This document shows positions 38,501-47,196 of a DNA stretch of 64,000 bases, in pieces; position 1 is the first letter of the stretch, and every line of letters starts with the position of its first letter. The translations under genes were made by a program, and so were the position numbers. Below the pieces are notes generated by a model, which saw only the letters and a list, made by a program, of their open reading frames with translations, did not search any database and was not told the origin of the DNA. This DNA is from Candidatus Poribacteria bacterium (GTDB lineage: Bacteria; Poribacteria; WGA-4E; PCPOR2b): the NCBI GenBank assembly GCA_965215015.1, contig OZ244042.1, positions 2,784,001 to 2,848,000 on the forward strand, given 5' to 3'.

Positions 38501-41500
38501 TGTAATTTCCACCGTATCCGCCGTCGGTGCAGACCAATCGGCGGGAACCTCGAGCCGCACCTTGCCACCTATCATTTGACCGGCTGCCGTGTAGGTGACG
38601 GTCAGCTCCCTGCCGGTATCACCGGTATGAAGTGTACCCTCCCCATCGGTCACAGCAATGACGGCTTTGCCTTTACCACTGGCTTGTGGGTTGACTGTGA
38701 CGGTCGGCTGCGTTTGAATCGGTGCGAGGTTACCGCCTTCACCGCCCCGAACGGCAAACCGAAACGCATCCACCCCGGTCGTGGCAGCAGCGACCGCACG
38801 CCCTGCCTCGGTCGCACCGTAGGTAATCGTTATATCATTGGCTTTGTCAAGCGAAAAGATAGGAACGGTCACAGAGAATTTATCATCGTCCGTGACGCTG
38901 CCAAGTCCCACGCCCTCCACCTCGGTATACCCCGGTAGACTGACCTCTTCGACCTGCGGTTGACTCCAGCTCGACGGAACGGTGAATCTCAGCATACCAT
39001 CTTCAATCGTCTGACTCGGTTTGTAGGTAAACACCAATTTCACATCGTCGGACGCCGCACGGACTGAGGGGGTATCCAATGTAACCGTTCCCGTCCCGTC
39101 CAATGCGCTGGTCACTTTGACTTGTAAGATACCGGGGGCATCTTTATAAATCCTCTGGGTCTTGTCCGGGTTCTTTATCTTCTCCCGGCCGGTGTGTTCC
39201 AAGTCGCTGGTAAGGACGTCGAAAACGCCGTCGCCATCCCCATCGGATCTAATCACGAACTGGGCGGTGCCAACATTGTCCTGAACCTCTGCACCGACAG
39301 CGGCACCGGTGCCACCTCCATAGATAAATCGGAAACTCCCTCCTTTGGCAAGCGTATCGATGGTCGCTATCGCATAGCGATCGTTTATATCATCAGGATC
39401 CAAGGAGACCCCCGCGCCGCGCGTCGTCACATAATTCCGCTGGGTCGGGTCATTCTGCATCGACCCCCAACCGTCTGGAATTTCAAGGCTTACAGCACCA
39501 CCGTCCATCGTGCCGGCTGCGGTGAACACGACCTCAATCGCCCGATTGCTACTACCCGCCTCAATCGTCCCCGGCGATAGCACGGCTGCCCCCATACCGT
39601 CTTCGACGTTGCTCAGCGTGACGGTGGCGGTCCCAGCGGTCCGGGTGCTGGCACCCGATGACGTTCTAAAGGTGCCGGACACTTGGACTGCACCGGCGGC
39701 ATGATGTAAGACGGCTCGACTATCATCGGCAGCACCATACGTAATCGTGACGGAGCCCCCGACATCGAGCTGACCGATTGCAACGGTGATGGTGCGCCCG
39801 GAGATGGTTATCTGATCCGCACCAATCGCCCCGGCATTCCTGCTCTTTTGTGCCTCGCCGGAGACGGATACCTCACCGGCGGTCGCGTCTGCCTTGGTCG
39901 GAGGACTGCCCAAAGTGGACGGGATGGTCAACCGCACCTCGCCGTCCCGTATGGGGGTCGAATCCGCTATAAACTTGAAATTGATAGTCTGTTCACTTCC
40001 GGCGGAGAAAGTGGCCTCGCCGTCGACTTCAAATCGAACCGCATCGCCTGAGGTCTTCACAACCGAGAGGATGGAACGATCATCAATGTCGGTCGCCTGG
40101 CCCTCCTCAAGTGGCTTACCATCAACGTTCACCTCCCAGAGATACTCGTCGGCTTCTGCGAGGATATTGACCCTGCGGATTCTGGCGGTCACGGTTTTCC
40201 CTTTTTCAAGGTCGAGACTTGACCACTCAATCATATTTCCATCAGCATTTACCACTAACCCTTCAGAACCCGAAACATAACCATAGTCCGTCGAGGTATC
40301 GGTTTGGAGTTTCTGATCATCATCGATAACAATGCCATCCGGCTCAATCGTTATAGTTGCACCCTCAAGATCGGTGTAGGCGGTATACGTCAGGGTGATA
40401 TCCCTCCGTTGAGAACCCGCCTCTACAGACGATGGCTCCAAGTCCAACTTACCAGAACCCGCCTTAGCAACCCACTCCCCACCACTGACGTCGGCCTCGG
40501 GTATAGGGGCGGTCGTAGAACCGACAGTGGTCTCCGCGGTGATATCGGCATCAGCACTGTCACCAATCCCCTCCTCACGAGTATACGAAACAATAATTTG
40601 CTGACCCTTATCAAGCGTCTCAATGGGGATAGTTAGCTTCGCGGGGGTCGGGGGGTTCGCGGGATCCGGGGGGTCCGGGGCCATACCGGCCGTAACAGTC
40701 CAAGGAGTAGTGGGGTCTGTGGAGTAGTCTAATTTTGCCCCGCCCCTGGTGTCCACATTAAAATTCTCAGCCACGGGGGTGTTCTGTGGCCCTAAATGTG
40801 CCATATCTAGGCCTGGGGGGCCAAATGATAAATCTAGGGAACTACCGTGCATCGGCCCAGGGGCTGTGAAGGTGAGAGTGAATTCGGTATTTTCCTCACC
40901 CGAAAATACCCGCCCCGGTTCAATTGTCAGCTTTCTTTTGAGAGGGTCACGGTCGGTACCCCCTCCTATAATATTGCCAACTCTGACAGCGGGCCGATCG
41001 AACAGACCAAGCACATCGTTCCGGGTACTCTCACTGCATAGGAATTCATAGATCTCATACGGAGCACCCCGGTTGTCCGTATGAGACAGACGAGAAGGAA
41101 TCGGAGCCGTTACATCACCCAGTAGGATGAGGAGTTCTCTATCACGCCGCTGGGGACCCCACGCCGAATCGAAGGCGACGGTTATCCGCTTGTCCGCTTC
41201 AAAGTCCACCCTATCCGTATCACTATCTGCTAAGACGGTGCCAGCTCCATCCGTGCTGTATAACCCTATTACCGTACTATCATCACCCACCTCCCTCTCT
41301 ATGATCGATATAAACTTGTTAGACACCTTCCAACCGGATGGAAACGCTATCCGAAAGCGACCACCAGACAGGTTATCAGTCGTTGGTGTGTAGGTAAATT
41401 TCAGAACGTTCCGAAGACTGCCAGCAGCAAGCGGAAGCGTGTTGTCAGTAGCAACAGTAATATCTGGAAGCTCATCATCAGCCGCTTCTCGGAAACCCCA

Positions 41501-41510
41501 ACCTACCTCT
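35511..41510 (+). repeat. Large direct repeat copy A (3' flank plus C-terminal ~80% of giant gene)
   Basis: Aligns by eye with 57055-~63160 from TAAACTATGAAAATGTACAAAAGC up to the VGWGFRE motif. Confidence 0.9.
35647..35696 (-). terminator. Intrinsic terminator of giant gene A
   Basis: ATAGCTGTTGAATGTCTC...GAGGCATTCAACAGCTAT hairpin with an adjacent A-run (U-tract on the minus strand). Confidence 0.8.
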
Positions 41511-42685
41511 ACCTCTGCGGCTCCTTGGACGCGCAGATAAAAGTTGGCGTCGGACTCTGCTCTAGGCTCGTCGGCGGGTACTCCGGGGTCGCCTAATCGT
41601 TGTCTTCTGTTGTGAATACTTGGATCATGAGTAACTCCATAGAGTGGAGCTGGTAACAGTATTCCATGTCTGTCAAAATTAGGGGCTCCGTGACTTCCAT
41701 ATATGGGGCTCCTGTCATTCGGTACATGTACAGCCACCGCGTAAGCACTCCGAACGTCACCTGTAAGTACGTGGTGCAGGGGTCCAGTCAGGGTGTTGTC
41801 CGTTGTCCAGTACGCCATCGCCGGATAACCCCCACCGCTATGGAACTTTGACGGGAGATTACCGTATCCCGTTATGGAGAGGAGGCCGTCAGTGTTGCTG
41901 TTGGGGTCTACTGTTACGATGGATGTTGTGTCCATCTCCCTCCAATTGTCGCTTGATGTGTCGCCTGGGGCATTGACCCTGTACGTAAATTTATAGGTCT
42001 CGGCGGTGGATTTGGTAGGGAAACGTATTTGGCAGTAGAGTAGATAGGTAATTCTCACTACAGGTTCGTCGTTTCTATTTCTGGCCGCTAGGGGCGGGTC
42101 CATCGCTGCTCTATCGGCATCGTCCAAATCGTACAAATCGCTAGCTGATTGTCTGATTGTTATCTGATTCCCGTCATAGTATACACCCTTATCACCCCAA
42201 TTTCCTCCGCCTATACCCTCATGAAAATTCATCTTATGAGTAAAGGGGCTCTCGGTAAACGACGAATGATAGGGTGGATTGCGGAAAACCATTCCATCAG
42301 ACCTGAAGGGCCCGGCTATTGAGGTGCCTCGTATAAAACGGCTGCCTGGTATAAGAGCACGCACCCGGACGTGTATGGAACCAGGTATCAATTCGATCCC
42401 CTCTGGGATCGTCACCCGGAACCCCTCCTTATTATCGGTGTTGTGCGATGTATAGTAAACTCTCAGATTGTAAGCATTGCCATGCCGAATGTCCTTCATC
42501 GCAATAAGATCACCGGATCTAACAGCGTGTTGACTCCCATACGGGAGGATTTGGAAACCTACCAAGTCTGAAAATACCACGCCCTGCGGCGCGGCCTCGT
42601 TAATAAACAACCCCACAAACAAAATCAAACTGAGGATAAAAAACACACTTAATTTCCGAAAATTTACATTTTTTGGTTTAACCAT
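35756..42685 (-). CDS. Giant secreted surface protein A (2309 aa): Ig-like repeats and C-terminal FlgD-Ig/T9SS-type-A-like sorting domain
   Basis: N-terminal signal peptide, about 8 repeats with consensus L.FTY.A......G.V.L.VP..W..P, a DGDGDG motif, terminal NYPNPFNPETWIPY...TRKMLILK. Confidence 0.88.
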   Translation of the reverse strand: MVKPKNVNFRKLSVFFILSLILFVGLFINEAAPQGVVFSDLVGFQILPYGSQHAVRSGDLIAMKDIRHGNAYNLRVYYTSHNTDNKEGFRVTIPEGIELIPGSIHVRVRALIPGSRFIRGTSIAGPFRSDGMVFRNPPYHSSFTESPFTHKMNFHEGIGGGNWGDKGVYYDGNQITIRQSASDLYDLDDADRAAMDPPLAARNRNDEPVVRITYLLYCQIRFPTKSTAETYKFTYRVNAPGDTSSDNWREMDTTSIVTVDPNSNTDGLLSITGYGNLPSKFHSGGGYPAMAYWTTDNTLTGPLHHVLTGDVRSAYAVAVHVPNDRSPIYGSHGAPNFDRHGILLPAPLYGVTHDPSIHNRRQRLGDPGVPADEPRAESDANFYLRVQGAAEVEVGWGFREAADDELPDITVATDNTLPLAAGSLRNVLKFTYTPTTDNLSGGRFRIAFPSGWKVSNKFISIIEREVGDDSTVIGLYSTDGAGTVLADSDTDRVDFEADKRITVAFDSAWGPQRRDRELLILLGDVTAPIPSRLSHTDNRGAPYEIYEFLCSESTRNDVLGLFDRPAVRVGNIIGGGTDRDPLKRKLTIEPGRVFSGEENTEFTLTFTAPGPMHGSSLDLSFGPPGLDMAHLGPQNTPVAENFNVDTRGGAKLDYSTDPTTPWTVTAGMAPDPPDPANPPTPAKLTIPIETLDKGQQIIVSYTREEGIGDSADADITAETTVGSTTAPIPEADVSGGEWVAKAGSGKLDLEPSSVEAGSQRRDITLTYTAYTDLEGATITIEPDGIVIDDDQKLQTDTSTDYGYVSGSEGLVVNADGNMIEWSSLDLEKGKTVTARIRRVNILAEADEYLWEVNVDGKPLEEGQATDIDDRSILSVVKTSGDAVRFEVDGEATFSAGSEQTINFKFIADSTPIRDGEVRLTIPSTLGSPPTKADATAGEVSVSGEAQKSRNAGAIGADQITISGRTITVAIGQLDVGGSVTITYGAADDSRAVLHHAAGAVQVSGTFRTSSGASTRTAGTATVTLSNVEDGMGAAVLSPGTIEAGSSNRAIEVVFTAAGTMDGGAVSLEIPDGWGSMQNDPTQRNYVTTRGAGVSLDPDDINDRYAIATIDTLAKGGSFRFIYGGGTGAAVGAEVQDNVGTAQFVIRSDGDGDGVFDVLTSDLEHTGREKIKNPDKTQRIYKDAPGILQVKVTSALDGTGTVTLDTPSVRAASDDVKLVFTYKPSQTIEDGMLRFTVPSSWSQPQVEEVSLPGYTEVEGVGLGSVTDDDKFSVTVPIFSLDKANDITITYGATEAGRAVAAATTGVDAFRFAVRGGEGGNLAPIQTQPTVTVNPQASGKGKAVIAVTDGEGTLHTGDTGRELTVTYTAAGQMIGGKVRLEVPADWSAPTADTVEITPAIPPTFSGQMAIVEGVNLSANGTVTFVYTGDVQPNVGTGVAFAVGVHGGDAADSFANVSGDETMLTVDVGEARQGAGSGEVAPRIVDAGATGVNLTFTYTAVGIISAPREFRVQVPAGWTAPSSAAMDPENKGTYTVVHRHMGVATTVSVEKLAPVARDMVARVKLGGLEVEAGDEISFNYHNADAPANREVSNFVMLFDGRPVDSNVSVRVQDSTPTQLILSSAGTVSADDGAMPLGITVGLRDADGHEVAMGSDVSVTLTSSSAGTFSELAEGTGTESITVTVAGGEVSAMVYYQDATPGIATITATAPGLTMASHPVTVTTSVIAITEGSVTIEPALAMAGDTVTVSAMGTAGRTVMFSVGSIVTDRSMAEVSSGAYSGSFTVVADQHADGMYDVSVSLNGQGAMVSNALTLDSTMPTVMAMASPETVANGEPVVISATVSDASSITSVMADVSMLDTTQTDMISLTMGADGAYSASVVVSEANTTLNGAKTITVTAIDAAGNSGSGTAMVTLDNKLSYTSQIPAGTSLFHIPLAVEGLNTVGDLREMLGSDANLLIVYDSANDLWNSRSDDVPITADLGILVSMSAEATVTFTGYAWDDGASTINLTAGSNLIGLPVNDARLNNVSDIAALFATGVVASVVVSTADGYKSVAAAGDSGDGPVMGDAAYLVTATTDATAALIGTGWSHDTAAAAPIALVSHQVAGQTPVLDVNGSVVDETTGVVQDGFRVKVKNLSTKAALNRVTSTETATGYNMTFVDLKVGHAAQVGDVLEISADSPSPLIGVQPVRHIVTVDDVKATRIELADLIAYEIPSETELLRNYPNPFNPETWIPYRLASDADVVLTIYDSTGQVVRTLDMGHQTAAVYESRAKAIYWDGRNRFGEQVASGIYFYSLSAGEFSATRKMLILK

Positions 42686-43294
42686 AATAAAATCCTTTCG
42701 TGGGAAAATTTAATTTCAGATTAACTCAATAACAATAGTACCCTTTCCACGTCTTACAACCCCTACTGCAAAAGATAACGTTCTGCCTATTGCTCCTCTT
42801 GTCATTGATTAGGTCAATTATGCACCAAAACGTTGTTGAAAACAGAAAAAGCTAATGGTAAAGTAAAGGGTTTTGAATACACAGTTCTATAATACAATCG
42901 ATCAAATTATACAATCGATCGAAAGATTTGTCGATCGCTTATTAGAATCTTCCGCTCTAAAACCCCGTCTTTTAAGACGGGTATACAGATTGGCAAAGGG
43001 TATTCAGTCAAACAACGGTTGAAATTGTCTGATTGTTAGGCTCTTGAATCCATCAGGCTATCAAGTCTCTAACAATCGCAAAATGGGGTCAATCGCAAAA
43101 TGGGGTATACCTGTTTTGTCTTTGGTGAGGGGTTTTCAGTCCGCAGGGAGCGTAAAGCACCGAAGTTGCTGCCCCCTAATTTTTTTTTCAAAAAATCTCG
43201 TCTTTTTCCATGTCTTAGCTGTCTATATGGTTAAACGGATCGAAATCATTATCCAACCTTCTTATCCAAATTACTAGCCAGTTTAGAGGTAAGC

Positions 43295-43885
43295 ATGGAA
43301 AAATCAGATGAGGCTTTGATGCACCAACTCCAGACAGGTGATTTGCGTTCGTTTGATACATTGGTCAAACGGTGGGAGACGCCGCTATTGAACTACTGCT
43401 ACCGAATGGTCAATGACATCGCGTTGGCGGAAGATCTGCGGCAGGAAGTTTTTCTCCGTATCTATCGTTCTGCCAAGACGTTTCGTGCAACGGCAAAATT
43501 CTCCACATGGATGTACCGAATTGCGACAAATCTCTGCATCAATACACTTGCTAAACCAGGGCACCGAAAAGAGATACCAATGGGGCCCGATCTGAAGTTA
43601 GAGGGTGAAGGTTTCGACGACAGGCTCATCGATCCATCGGACACGCCTGATGTCGTTGTAATAAAGAAAGAGCTCGAAAGCCGAGTACGCTCGGCATTGG
43701 TGTGTTTACCACAAAATCTGCGAGTCGTAGTCATTATGCGCCATTACCACGACATGAAATTTCGAGAGATTGCCCAAGTTTTGGAGTGTCCTATTAGTAC
43801 GGTTAAGTCACGGATGGCAGCTGGAATGACACGCCTCAGTCAAATGTTGTCGAAGCAAGAAAAATGTCTCAGCGTTCGCCGCTGA
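43295..43885 (+). CDS. ECF sigma-70 factor
   Basis: AEDLRQEVFL, FSTWMYRIATN, EIAQVL...STVKSR. Confidence 0.93.
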   Translation: MEKSDEALMHQLQTGDLRSFDTLVKRWETPLLNYCYRMVNDIALAEDLRQEVFLRIYRSAKTFRATAKFSTWMYRIATNLCINTLAKPGHRKEIPMGPDLKLEGEGFDDRLIDPSDTPDVVVIKKELESRVRSALVCLPQNLRVVVIMRHYHDMKFREIAQVLECPISTVKSRMAAGMTRLSQMLSKQEKCLSVRR

Positions 43886-43910
43886 TTCACCTACGAAGGA
43901 GGGATTTGCA

Positions 43911-44618
43911 TTGGATTGCAGATTGTTTAGAGAACAGATTGTGGTTGAGAGCTACAATGAATTGGACGCAGGGGCGAAAAAATCGCTGGAAGCCCACTTG
44001 CAAATTTGTCGGGCGTGTGAGCAATTTCAAGCCGCTCTAAACGAGACACGACAAGCCCTCGACCAATGGCAAGAGGTAGATTGTCCAATCGATATTGAGG
44101 CATTGCATGGGGCGATACAGCCTGAATCTTCGTCGTGGTGGTCCCAATTACCCGCATGGCGATGGTTCTCCTGGGGAATGGCGACCTGCTTGACTTTGGT
44201 CTTCGGTCTTTCTGCGCTCGCATGGGTCGGCGTTGACCTTAAGTGGGAGGACCGTGGTTTGACGCTTAGGATTGGAGCAGAGGCGGCCCCGGAGATTACA
44301 GAGCAGGAACTGGTACGATTGCTGCAGGCGGAACGTCACGCCACCCAAGTGGAGATTGTAAAACAGCTTCAAGGAGCGTTGGATGAATTCAGCGAACAAC
44401 TCCAAGTCCATCTGGATGAACGGCAGAAACAGGCGAATACACAACTGGCGTTAATCTACCAGGAATTGCAATCACAACGGGTACAGGATTTGGAACTCAT
44501 CCGTCAAGAGCTGCAGCACCTCGCCGGCGCGACTGAAGCCGAGTTTCTTGAGACGCAACGGGCCTTTGAGTTCATCCTTGCTTCGCATGTGTCTGGGATA
44601 CAAAAGAATCTGAAATGA
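43911..44618 (+). CDS. Zinc-binding (ZAS) transmembrane anti-sigma factor
   Basis: HLQICRAC (HxxxCxxC), one TM helix, coiled-coil C-terminus. Follows the sigma gene. Confidence 0.85.
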   Translation: MDCRLFREQIVVESYNELDAGAKKSLEAHLQICRACEQFQAALNETRQALDQWQEVDCPIDIEALHGAIQPESSSWWSQLPAWRWFSWGMATCLTLVFGLSALAWVGVDLKWEDRGLTLRIGAEAAPEITEQELVRLLQAERHATQVEIVKQLQGALDEFSEQLQVHLDERQKQANTQLALIYQELQSQRVQDLELIRQELQHLAGATEAEFLETQRAFEFILASHVSGIQKNLK

Positions 44619-44698
44619 CATCGTATCGATTATCAACTGTGTGTTGCGTAAAACGTGAACACAAAACCGAAGAAGAGATATTAAAGGAGAAGACAATT

Positions 44699-45670
44699 AT
44701 GAGATGCTATATGAACCTTATCATAGCTATGCTTGGTGTCGGTTTGGTTGCCAGCACTGTATTTGCACAAGATGAAATTAACTATACCGAGATGGTCGAA
44801 GATCTTAAGGTAATGTGTCGAATCATTGATGAAACAATGGACGAGACATTTGAGAAGGATTATCTCAAGGGGGGATTTTTCCGTAGGGGCTGCCAACACC
44901 TATATCTCACAGGCTATGGCCCTGTGTTCCTGCTTGATGTACAATTTCCTGTTTCCGAGAAAGAGATGAGGGTTGTTAAGACCGAAAAGGAAACGAACCT
45001 GTGGGAAAAATATGAGCGAGAGGTTCGGCATCAAGGTCAACCGGAAGAGGCGGTATGGGTAGTCGGTAAAAACGAATCGTATAGTAGGGAGAAGGTTGAT
45101 AAACTCAAGGAGCAGCTCGCTTATCTCGCCGGTGAGTATGGCTCCCGTATCGGTCAATTGGGGTTTGATGATACAATCTCATTTGTGGTTTTTGGGTATT
45201 CTGATTACGCCGTTGACCTTGATGTAGGTTTGGATTTTGAAGTGCTTAATGAACACGTCAAAGTGCTTAATGAACACGTCAAAGCGAAGCGGGAGAGCCT
45301 TAAAAAGCTAAAAGAGACTGCGGAAAAATTGGGAGAAGAACTACAGGGAGAAGAACTGCAGGAGAAGATCGCAGCGCAGGAGGGCCGAGAGGCTGACAAA
45401 AAGGTTATCATCCAGCGGGATGAAACAATAATCATCGAGGAAGAGAAAGATGAAGAAATGGAAGATTCACAACCAAAAAAGGGCAAACAGCTTCGTGTGC
45501 TTATTCGTCCGACTCCACCAACCCCTCCGACTCCACCAAGCTTTCCCCACAGGTTCCATGGTAAGCCAGCAACGACGTTGATTCTGACCTTCAAACGGAG
45601 TCAGCTTGAGGGCAAAAAGGGAACGGATTGGGAAACTTTATTAGCAGCGGCAGAGGTTGTGGAGTATTGA
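44699..45670 (+). CDS. Exported hypothetical protein of the ECF operon
   Basis: AAGGAG RBS, signal peptide ending VFA-QD, YL.GYG.VF motif, charged and Pro-rich C-terminal part. Confidence 0.75.
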   Translation: MRCYMNLIIAMLGVGLVASTVFAQDEINYTEMVEDLKVMCRIIDETMDETFEKDYLKGGFFRRGCQHLYLTGYGPVFLLDVQFPVSEKEMRVVKTEKETNLWEKYEREVRHQGQPEEAVWVVGKNESYSREKVDKLKEQLAYLAGEYGSRIGQLGFDDTISFVVFGYSDYAVDLDVGLDFEVLNEHVKVLNEHVKAKRESLKKLKETAEKLGEELQGEELQEKIAAQEGREADKKVIIQRDETIIIEEEKDEEMEDSQPKKGKQLRVLIRPTPPTPPTPPSFPHRFHGKPATTLILTFKRSQLEGKKGTDWETLLAAAEVVEY

Positions 45671-45675
45671 ACCAT

Positions 45676-46245
45676 TCAACCAAAGACGGTAAATCCAACA
45701 TACATGAGCACCGAAATGAGATTTATAACGACCAAGGCACCCTTCATAAGCCGGGATGGTAGGCGGGGAAAGAGATAGACCGATGCCCCAATTGTGACCA
45801 ATATTTCGATAGCGGAAACAATCCTGCCGTGATGTCTAGGGTCCCAGTAGGAGATTGGGCTATAAAAGCGGAATTGGAGGAGGGGGAAGAAGTGCCTATG
45901 CCCGTCATCGTGGTGGAGGAAAAAATCGCCGGCAGCGTGTAACAGCAGGCTCAGGGAGCAAACAATGACAGCGTTGGATTGACGCCAGTAGCCAATTCCA
46001 AGGAGGAGGAGAAACAACGGGATGGAGTTGAAGATATCAAAGAGGTTTTGCCACTCCGGGAGGAAATACCGCTCCCCCCAGATGAGGCTTTGCGGGTGCT
46101 TAAGGATAAATGCCTCAACCAGAAAAAAGAAAAACATCGGTACGTCCGGCAATACAGCACCGATGAGCGCGTAACGGTGGAGGTGTGGCACTGCTTTCCG
46201 ACTCAGGAGTGCGACGTTAATAATGGCGTGGGTTTGGGTATTCAT
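45676..46245 (-). CDS. Membrane-bound metal-dependent hydrolase (YdjM-like)
   Basis: T.TH, GAVLPD, LLH...D...HHDD...HF.P, SYWD..H.G. Confidence 0.75.
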   Translation of the reverse strand: MNTQTHAIINVALLSRKAVPHLHRYALIGAVLPDVPMFFFFLVEAFILKHPQSLIWGERYFLPEWQNLFDIFNSIPLFLLLLGIGYWRQSNAVIVCSLSLLLHAAGDFFLHHDDGHRHFFPLLQFRFYSPISYWDPRHHGRIVSAIEILVTIGASVYLFPRLPSRLMKGALVVINLISVLMYVGFTVFG

Positions 46246-46674
46246 CGGTTCATTAGTTCGCTAGCTCATTCATGAATCAGCACATCAATGAATTAACTGA
46301 GGGGCACTCATAATAATTGTCTAAATCACGGATTAAACAGATGACTCAGATAACACGGATTGAGAAACGATTGAACGTTCGGAAAAATTTATTAGCGCGT
46401 GTGAATAGCAGTTGGCGAAGATTCGCGTGGACTCATGGTTGAAAAATGCCTCTGCAAATCTCCGCCAATTGACACGAATGAAAAAAGTGTTGGGTCTCGG
46501 CTTTAGCGGAGGACGCGGATAGGGACAAACGCGCAATGAATTGCGCTACTACGAACAGGGTTATGTATTTGAGAAGTGCTCATTATTCAATGCGTGTCAT
46601 CGCTCGCTTCGGCAAGATCGCTTTGGCCAATTGTAGGAGCTTGGTTCCCAAGGCCAACGGGTTGGGAGACCCAA

Positions 46675-47196
46675 CCCCATCCGTTGAGGGCTATCGAGAG
46701 GTATACACATTAGGTTCTATTTATGAGGACTCCTCAATTAACTGAGGGGTGCTTATAAGTCCAATGACCGAAATAGTAGTCAGATATGTTGTGTTTCTGA
46801 AAAGTTGTCAGCCTTGGAAAGTAAATGATGCGCGCTTCTCGGCAGACTTTCCTTGTCCTTTCGGTGTCAACTTGAGTCCCCTAATCCTTCAATCTGGGAA
46901 ATCCTGATTCAGACAAGAATAATGCACCCCCCCTCAACTAACTTAGGCTCCCCACCCGTTGAGGGCTATCGAGAGGTATACACATTAGGTTCTATTTATG
47001 AGGACTCCTCAATTAACTGAGGGGTGCTCATAAGTCCAATGACCGAAATAGTAATCAGATATGTTGTGTTTCTGAGAAGTTGTCAGCCTTGGAAAGTAAA
47101 TGATGCACGTTTCTCGGCGGCCCTTTCTTGTCCCTTCGGTGTCAACTTGAGTCCCCTAATCCTTCAATCTGGGAAATCCTGATTCAGACAAGAATA
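46675..47196 (+). repeat. Tandem ~247-bp direct repeat (46675-46921 and 46950-47196)
   Basis: Offset 275 bp, about 11 substitutions counted by eye. Confidence 0.92.

Noticed and set aside
37841-38938. 365-aa plus-strand ORF and similar ORFs within the giant genes
   Set aside because: Antisense shadows caused by codon bias; not preserved at the same length in the paralog.
46241-47196. CRISPR array
   Set aside because: No constant repeats with unique equal-length spacers, and no cas genes.
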